Shown in pieces: positions 1 through 4,370 of a stretch of DNA of 4,370 nucleotides. The position numbers and the translations under genes are program-made. The notes below the pieces were generated by a model that saw only the letters and a list, made by a program, of their open reading frames with translations, was not told the origin of the DNA and did not search any database. Source of the DNA: a virus (lineage: Duplodnaviria > Heunggongvirae > Uroviricota > Caudoviricetes); the IMG/VR virus record IMGVR_UViG_2671181064_000008, one strand, 5' to 3'. The number at the start of each line of letters is the position of its first letter. Within the stretch, counting starts at the first letter, position 1.

Positions 1-41
1 GCTTTGAACTCTTTAGAGTAACGTTGGGTTTTTCTGCTCAT
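1..41 (-). CDS. IS3-family transposase OrfA, N-terminal fragment (partial, runs off the window)
   Basis: Minus-strand ATG at 41..39 preceded by GAAGGAG with a 6-nt spacer. Translation MSRKTQRYSKEFK... matches my recollection of the IS600 OrfA N-terminus. Confidence 0.6.
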   Translation of the reverse strand, partial: MSRKTQRYSKEFK

Positions 42-105
42 TATTAGCTCCTTCTGATGCCATTCTATTTCAGGAAGGAGTGTCCGTTAAACTCAGGCTA
101 CCTCA
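1..105 (-). mobile_element. Left end of an IS3-family insertion sequence (IS600-like): terminal inverted repeat, 5' leader and start of orfA; the element continues beyond the window start
   Basis: Reverse complement of 105..77 is TGAGGTAGCCTGAGTTTAACGGACACTCC: it starts with TGA and has GGACAC at positions 21-26, the same layout as the IS3 left inverted repeat. A minus-strand ORF starts just inside it. The exact boundary at 105 is inferred from this motif. Confidence 0.7.
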
Positions 106-161
106 GGTTATTCGCTTCTGGGCATGGGCGGATCAACAAATGATAGACGGTAATGCAGATT

Positions 162-180
162 GTAACGCTCGCGGCGTTAC
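162..180. promoter_or_regulatory. 19-bp dyad GTAACGC-N5-GCGTTAC (iteron/operator-like site A)
   Basis: Exact 7-bp inverted arms gtaacgc (162-168) and gcgttac (174-180). The same architecture recurs at 371-389. Confidence 0.45.
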
Positions 181-370
181 AAAAAGTGCAATAGATCGCA
201 TCACTTTTATGTCTGGTTTTGCTGATGCGTTAATTCAGGTTGGATGGCTGGTCGAAAATGACGGAGGGCTTTCTCTACCTAACTTTGAACGTCATAACGG
301 AAAAAGCTCTAAAAAAAACGGGCGGTTACAAACGAGCGAGTAACAAAAATACGCGAACTGAAACGAAAAG

Positions 371-389
371 GTAACGCTGCCAGCGTTAC
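371..389. promoter_or_regulatory. 19-bp dyad GTAACGC-N5-GCGTTAC (iteron/operator-like site B); arms extend to 9 bp (GTAACGCTG / CAGCGTTAC)
   Basis: Exact inverted arms at 371-377 and 383-389. An extra GCGTTAC half-site sits at 406-412 and a GTTAC/GTAAC pair at 325-344. Confidence 0.45.
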
Positions 390-414
390 ACAAACGGATC
401 AAAAAGCGTTACCA

Positions 415-434
415 GAGGAAGAGGAAGAGGAAGA
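415..434 (+). repeat. (GAGGAA)x3 hexanucleotide tandem repeat encoding a Glu6 acidic linker in the initiator
   Basis: gaggaagaggaagaggaaga read directly; translates EEEEEED in frame 1. Confidence 0.8.
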
Positions 435-788
435 TCTAAATACTGATCTCCCCCTCGCCAAAAACGAGCGTCTAAAAAATTCGAGCCGGAGGCTATTGAG
501 CTGCCCGATTGGTTGCCGGAAACACTCTGGCATGAGTGGGTCCGGTTCAGACAGGCATTGCGAAAACCGATTCGAACGGAGCAGGGCGCTAACGGGGCGA
601 TACGGGAACTGGAAAAATTCCGTCAGCAGGGTTTTACACCTGAGCAGGTGATTCGACACAGCATCGCCAATGAATACCAGGGCCTGTTCGCGCCGAAAGG
701 TGTTCGGCCTGAGACGTTGCTCCGACAGGTTAACACCGTCTCGTTGCCGGACAGTGCGATCCCGCCAGGCTTCAGGGGGTAACGGACC

Positions 789-1230
789 ATGAAAAATATT
801 GCGACAGGCGGCGTTCTGGAACGCATCCGCCGACTGACCCCGCCACATGTAACCGCCCCATTCAGAACGGTAGCGGAGTGGCGCGAGTGGCAACTTGCTG
901 AAGGCCAGAAACGTAGCGAGGAGATCAACCGCCTGAATCGCCAGTTGCGGGTGGAAAAAATTCTGAATCGCTCAGGCATCCAGCCGTTGCACCGTAAATG
1001 CTCGTTTGCGAATTACCAGGTGCAGAACGACGGCCAGCGATACGCGTTAAGCCAGGCGAAATCCATCGCCGATGAACTGATGACCGGGTGTACAAATTTT
1101 GCGTTCAGCGGAAAACCTGGTACCGGGAAGAATCACTTAGCGGCAGCTATCGGGAATCGCCTGCTGAAAGACGGTCAGACAGTGATTGTGGTTACCGTGG
1201 CTGATGTTATGAGCGCCCTGCACGCCAGCT
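789..1230 (+). CDS. DnaC-like helicase loader (AAA+ ATPase; phage P-equivalent), N-terminal about 147 codons only; 3' part absent at the N run
   Basis: Translation MKNIATGG...NRSGIQPLHRKCSFANY...FSGKPGTGKNHLAAAIGNRLL...VTVADVMSALHAS aligns with E. coli DnaC (NRSGIRPLHQNCSFENY, FSGKPGTGKNHLAAAI Walker A, ITVADIMSAMKDT). ATG at 789 follows the upstream stop (780-782) with a G-rich stretch 9 nt upstream. No Walker B or sensor region in any frame after the N run. Confidence 0.8.
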
Positions 1231-1271
1231 NNNNNNNNNNNNNNNNNNNNNNNNNNNNNNNNNNNNNNNNN
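1231..1271. other. Run of 41 N (masked or gap); content unknown
   Basis: Read directly. Confidence 1.
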
Positions 1272-1287
1272 AGTTTCAGGAGGATTT

Positions 1288-1710
1288 ATGGCGAAACCTT
1301 TTACTCCCGAACAGCGGGAAGAACTGAAGACGCGAATTGTGGAACTCGTGCATCAGGACGGTCGGGTCACGATTCGGCAGTTGTCAGATGAAACAGGTAT
1401 CAGTCGTGCGTCTGTCGGTCGCTTATGCATAGAACTGGTCGCAAGTGGTGATGTATATAATTCTGGCTACGGCTTATTCCCGTCTGAACAGGCTCGCAAG
1501 GACTGGCAAAGCGCCCGCAAAAAACTCTCGAGAGTAAAGGTGAGGAAACCGGTTGTTGTTGATCCGGACCTTATCTGGTCATTACCTGACGGAGAAATAC
1601 GCCGCTACGACAGGCGCCTGAATATAATCTGTCGCGAGTGCCGGAAGAGCGAAGCTATGCAGCGTGTACTGGCTTTCTATCAGGGTAATTTTCAGGAGGC
1701 GATACTGTGA
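1288..1710 (+). CDS. ren: Ren-like protein (homolog of phage lambda Ren, Rex-exclusion resistance); HTH-like N-terminus, 140 aa
   Basis: AGGAGG at 1278-1283, 4 nt before ATG 1288. C-terminal ...ICRECRKSEAMQRVLAFYQG resembles lambda Ren ...FKECRQSAAMKRVLAVYGV as I recall it. The N-terminal region resembles a helix-turn-helix. Its position directly after the P-equivalent gene matches the lambda O-P-ren order. Confidence 0.55.
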   Translation: MAKPFTPEQREELKTRIVELVHQDGRVTIRQLSDETGISRASVGRLCIELVASGDVYNSGYGLFPSEQARKDWQSARKKLSRVKVRKPVVVDPDLIWSLPDGEIRRYDRRLNIICRECRKSEAMQRVLAFYQGNFQEAIL

Positions 1711-2124
1711 ATGAAATTAGCTATCAGGCTTCAATTACCGCTGGCATTCGCATCAAAGGAGAGGAGCATGGAAATAAAACCAGAAGATGAGTTAAGCAAT
1801 ATCGTTTTATTTCCGGTAAAAGAGGATGACCCTCGTAATCAGGTTAATTTTCTTTATGAGCCATCGGAAAGACCATATTGCCATCACGCCTCTGTACGGG
1901 TTGACGAAAAAGAGCGTCAGGTCCGCTGTAAAATCTGCGGTGCGGTTGTGGAGCCGTTTGACTGGATGCTCTCTGTGGCAAAAAGAGAAACCAGACTGGC
2001 AGATGATGTAAGGCTATTGCGCCAGGAGGAACAGGAAAGGCGGAGAAATATAGAAAAGCTGATACAGATTGAGCGTAACGCGAAAGCGCGGATACGCAGG
2101 GCGACAAAATCCAGAACTGAATAA
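1711..2124 (+). CDS. Hypothetical small protein with a Cys/His cluster (C-H-H ... C-x2-C, zinc-ribbon-like) and a basic coiled-coil C-terminus; alternative start at 1768
   Basis: ATG 1711 overlaps the ren-like stop (TGAATG) with AGGAGG 11 nt upstream. In-frame ATG 1768 has a stronger RBS (GGAGAGGAG, about 5-nt spacer) and would give 118 aa. Motif YCHHASV...RCKICG, then an Arg/Glu-rich tail. No recognisable family. Confidence 0.5.
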   Translation: MKLAIRLQLPLAFASKERSMEIKPEDELSNIVLFPVKEDDPRNQVNFLYEPSERPYCHHASVRVDEKERQVRCKICGAVVEPFDWMLSVAKRETRLADDVRLLRQEEQERRRNIEKLIQIERNAKARIRRATKSRTE

Positions 2125-2271
2125 TTAAATTTAGCACTGTTAAAAATTTAATCCTTAACCGGAGGGATTTCTGCACCCTCAAATCATCAGGAGACCACCC
2201 GAAAGGGCGGGGAGCAGTCACACATCTGTTTCCGATAGCCCCGTTCTAATGCTACACTCTTTGATATTTTT

Positions 2272-2958
2272 ATGACCCCAATAAACATATTTATGACAGT
2301 TGCTGATTTCAAACGGCCCAAATTGGAGCTCCCAAACGGGGCAAACAAACTACTACTGCACTCTTGCTGTGCTCCATGTTCCGGTGAGGTGATGGAGGCG
2401 CTTCAGGCCTCGGGAATCGACTACACCATCTTTTTCTACAACCCGAACATTCATCCTCAGAAAGAGTATTTAATTCGTAAGGATGAGAATATTCGCTTTG
2501 CTGAACAACACGGCGTGCCGTTTATTGATGCTGATTACGACACAGACAACTGGTTTGAACGAGCCAAAGGAATGGAATGGGAGCCCGAACGAGGGATCCG
2601 TTGCACCATGTGTTTTGACATGCGTTTTGAGCGGACAGCGCTGTACGCCGCTGAAAATGGTTTCAGTGTGATCAGCAGTTCACTGGGCATTTCACGCTGG
2701 AAAAATATGCAGCAGGTTAACGACTGTGGGCGGCGAGCCGTCGCGCATTATCCGGGCATGGTGTACTGGGATTATAACTGGCGCAAGCAGGGCGGCTCGT
2801 CCCGTATGATTGAAATCAGCAAGCGCGAAAAATTCTATCAGCAGGAATATTGTGGCTGTGTGTATTCTCTGCGCGATACCAATCTACACCGCAAATCTCA
2901 GGGACGCCCTCTTATCAAAATTGGTCAACTCCACTACGGTAAAGAAGAGAAGGAGTGA
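2272..2958 (+). CDS. queH: Epoxyqueuosine reductase QueH-like protein (DUF208 family, Fe-S enzyme of queuosine tRNA modification)
   Basis: Translation contains [39 protein letters not shown], the conserved Cys motifs and overall pattern I recall for QueH/DUF208. Start is uncertain (ATG 2272 or 2293), neither with a clear Shine-Dalgarno. Confidence 0.75.
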   Translation: MTPINIFMTVADFKRPKLELPNGANKLLLHSCCAPCSGEVMEALQASGIDYTIFFYNPNIHPQKEYLIRKDENIRFAEQHGVPFIDADYDTDNWFERAKGMEWEPERGIRCTMCFDMRFERTALYAAENGFSVISSSLGISRWKNMQQVNDCGRRAVAHYPGMVYWDYNWRKQGGSSRMIEISKREKFYQQEYCGCVYSLRDTNLHRKSQGRPLIKIGQLHYGKEEKE

Positions 2959-3117
2959 TTTTATGGGGCACCTTTCTGATTGATTTCATATTGGCGAGGT
3001 AAGTAGAATGACTGCGGGTGCTTGAGGCTATCTGCTTCAGGCATGAACACCAAAAGGCAGATAGAGAAAAGCCCCAGTTAACATTACGCGTCCGGCAAGA
3101 CGCTTAACATTAATCTG

Positions 3118-3434
3118 NNNNNNNNNNNNNNNNNNNNNNNNNNNNNNNNNNNNNNNNNNNNNNNNNNNNNNNNNNNNNNNNNNNNNNNNNNNNNNNNNNN
3201 NNNNNNNNNNNNNNNNNNNNNNNNNNNNNNNNNNNNNNNNNNNNNNNNNNNNNNNNNNNNNNNNNNNNNNNNNNNNNNNNNNNNNNNNNNNNNNNNNNNN
3301 NNNNNNNNNNNNNNNNNNNNNNNNNNNNNNNNNNNNNNNNNNNNNNNNNNNNNNNNNNNNNNNNNNNNNNNNNNNNNNNNNNNNNNNNNNNNNNNNNNNN
3401 NNNNNNNNNNNNNNNNNNNNNNNNNNNNNNNNNN
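3118..3434. other. Run of 317 N (masked or gap); content unknown
   Basis: Read directly. Confidence 1.
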
Positions 3435-3457
3435 CATCCTCAACGCACCCGCACTTA

Positions 3458-3501
3458 ACCCGCCCATCGCTGTGATCTCTCAGCGTTTCGGCGGGTTTTT
3501 T
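3458..3501 (+). terminator. Compound rho-independent terminator (+ strand)
   Basis: Outer stem acccgcc (3458-3464) pairs with ggcgggt (3490-3496); inner stem cgctg (3468-3472) / cagcg (3481-3485); followed by a T run (3496-3501). T run lies 3' on the + strand only. Confidence 0.5.
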
Positions 3502-3521
3502 GTTGTTTATTTCCGGTGAAT

Positions 3522-3549
3522 TTGATTCGCGCACCTTCGCAGATAGAAT
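3522..3549 (+). promoter_or_regulatory. Candidate sigma70 promoter for the downstream small-ORF pair
   Basis: TTGATT (3522-3527), 16-bp spacer, TAGAAT (3544-3549); about 80 nt upstream of ATG 3631. Sequence-only prediction. Confidence 0.35.
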
Positions 3550-3630
3550 CGACTCACTTAAGTAGCGCGCAGGGAGAAGAGGGATGGACCCCGAACAGGG
3601 GAGAGCTATTTATCTGGAAGGATTCTGAAG

Positions 3631-3918
3631 ATGAAAATCGAAGAATTGCGTGAAATTTTTAGTGAAAATGGCCTCTATGCTGTGCGCGTTGAGAATGGAG
3701 CGATTGTCAGCCATTGCCGCATTAGATGTTTGCAATCTCAACAAAGGAAGAGCGGTGCTGTGTTATTTTATTTTTGTAATGGACTTCTGACGGACGGTTT
3801 TATTTTGCGTGAGGACGAATTTGTCACATCATTACGGGTTTTGAAAGAGATTGGTTTTAAGGCTGGTTTTCTGCTTTTGCTGAAGAATAAACTCATCTAC
3901 AATCTTGAGCAGGATTGA
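3631..3918 (+). CDS. Hypothetical protein, 95 aa, AT-rich, no recognised family
   Basis: ATG 3631 with GGAAGG 9 nt upstream; uninterrupted ORF; no competing ORF on either strand; downstream of the promoter-like element. Confidence 0.4.
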   Translation: MKIEELREIFSENGLYAVRVENGAIVSHCRIRCLQSQQRKSGAVLFYFCNGLLTDGFILREDEFVTSLRVLKEIGFKAGFLLLLKNKLIYNLEQD

Positions 3919-3956
3919 ACTCCTGCTGTGTAACACCGTGCCACCGGAGAAAGCCG

Positions 3957-4310
3957 ATGGCACATATACAACTGGTCAAACAAACCTCTTCCGGATTACT
4001 TCTCCCGGCGACGCCGGAGAGTTGCGATTTTCTGCATCAAATCAAAATAGGTGAGTGGATACACGCAGACTTTAAGCGTGTGTGTAACTACGCATTCCAC
4101 AAGCGTTTTTTCAAACTCCTGCAACTGGGTTTCGATTACTGGACTCCGGTCGGTGGGGCGATCACGCCTCGCGAACGAAAACTGGTGTCCGGTTTCGTTG
4201 ATTACCTGTGTGAATCAGTAGGCCGGGAACATACGCCAGCTCTGAGCGAAGCCGCAGAGCAATTGAGGTGTACTGGCAATAGCGGACACTACCATTTGTT
4301 CTTTTTTTAA
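3957..4310 (+). CDS. Hypothetical prophage protein, 117 aa as written; may be truncated by a frameshift in a T7 tract at its 3' end
   Basis: ATG 3957 with GGAG 7 nt upstream (the TTG at 3915 in the ORF track lacks an RBS). Ends TAA 4308-4310 immediately after T7 (4301-4307). One extra T would keep the frame open to the window end. Confidence 0.45.
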   Translation: MAHIQLVKQTSSGLLLPATPESCDFLHQIKIGEWIHADFKRVCNYAFHKRFFKLLQLGFDYWTPVGGAITPRERKLVSGFVDYLCESVGREHTPALSEAAEQLRCTGNSGHYHLFFF

Positions 4311-4370
4311 GCAGCCATCTGATGATATTTTTCCCTGAAGGCTGCCGGGGAGATATTCCCCAGACGAGAG

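Larger units (their letters stand above)
106..782 (+). pseudogene. Prophage replication initiator with DnaT-like C-terminal domain; 5' end displaced by the IS insertion, and the frame changes twice at poly-A tracts
   Basis: Three colinear coding segments: frame 2 (107..343, ...NFERHNGKSSKKNGRLQTSE*), frame 1 (from 313, ...RAVTNERVTKIRELKRKGNAASVTQTDQKALPEEEEEEDLNTDLPLAKNERLKN), frame 0 (447..782, ...FEPEAIELPDWLPETLWHEWVRF...NTVSLPDSAIPPGFRG*). The C-terminus resembles E. coli DnaT (...NTVSEPDSQIPPGFRG). Frame switches coincide with A8 (311-318) and A6 (474-479). The GTG at 80 lies inside the IS repeat and is not the native start. Confidence 0.6.

Noticed and set aside
80-105. GTG 80 as start of an 87-aa ORF (80..343)
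   Set aside because: The first 9 codons are encoded by the IS terminal inverted repeat and the GGAG abuts the GTG with no spacer. This is a chimeric reading, not the native start.
399-979. Minus-strand ORFs 399..893 (164 aa) and 623..979 (118 aa)
   Set aside because: They lie antisense to + strand sequence with clear DnaT-like and DnaC-like homology, have no recognisable family and are low-complexity (Ser-run from the reversed GAGGAA repeat). Treated as shadow ORFs.
1231-1391. Continuation of the DnaC-like ORF through the N run (ORF track 789..1391)
   Set aside because: The post-gap translation (SFRRIYGETFYSRTAGR...) has no DnaC similarity and overlaps the Ren-like gene out of frame.
2075-2081. 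Third copy of GTAACGC inside the Zn-ribbon ORF
   Set aside because: Isolated, with no inverted partner nearby; consistent with chance.
1826-2221. ORFs 1826..2011 (+) and 1844..2221 (-)
   Set aside because: Both overlap the better-supported 1711..2124 ORF in other frames or strand, with no RBS and no recognisable features.
2229-2266. Promoter-like hexamers upstream of queH (TACACT at 2253-2258, TTGATA at 2261-2266)
   Set aside because: TTGATA is only 5 nt from the ATG, and the TACACT element has a poor -35 partner. Too weak to call; queH may be read through from the upstream operon.
2483-2671. ORF 2483..2671 (+, 62 aa)
   Set aside because: Lies inside the QueH-like gene in another frame.
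3028-3112. 8-bp inverted repeat (3028-3035 / 3057-3064) and 9-bp direct repeat TTAACATTA (3078-3086, 3104-3112)
   Set aside because: The 8-bp inverted repeat is at the length expected by chance in 4.4 kb and the close 9-bp direct repeat is only marginally above it. No T tract or other supporting feature, and the flanking sequence is masked.
3037-3534. Minus-strand ORFs 3037..3534 and 3084..3467
   Set aside because: Both are held open only by translating the 317-nt N run as X; they are artefacts of the masked region.
1-4370. CRISPR array, rRNA or tRNA genes
   Set aside because: No repeat-spacer periodicity and no cloverleaf-compatible segment in the readable sequence. The masked blocks cannot be assessed.

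Overview
The window reads as the early-right (replication to nin-like) region of a degraded lambdoid prophage from an E. coli/Shigella-like enterobacterium, with every credible gene on the + strand. Left to right: the terminal 105 bp of an IS3-family element (IS600-like, minus strand) inserted into a replication-initiator gene; the remainder of that initiator (DnaT-like C-terminus), whose frame changes twice at poly-A tracts; a DnaC-like helicase-loader gene cut off by a 41-nt N run; a lambda Ren-like gene; a small Cys/His-rich protein with a basic coiled-coil tail; a QueH-like (DUF208) epoxyqueuosine reductase; a 317-nt N run followed by a compound intrinsic terminator; a sigma70-like promoter; and two small ORFs of unknown function. 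No CRISPR array, rRNA or tRNA is visible in the unmasked sequence. The most notable observations are iteron-like 19-bp dyads inside the initiator gene (candidate origin), a tRNA-modification enzyme in a prophage accessory slot, and the Ren-like/Zn-ribbon gene pair. All homology statements come from reading the translations against remembered family sequences; no database search was run. The two N runs hide sequence I cannot interpret.
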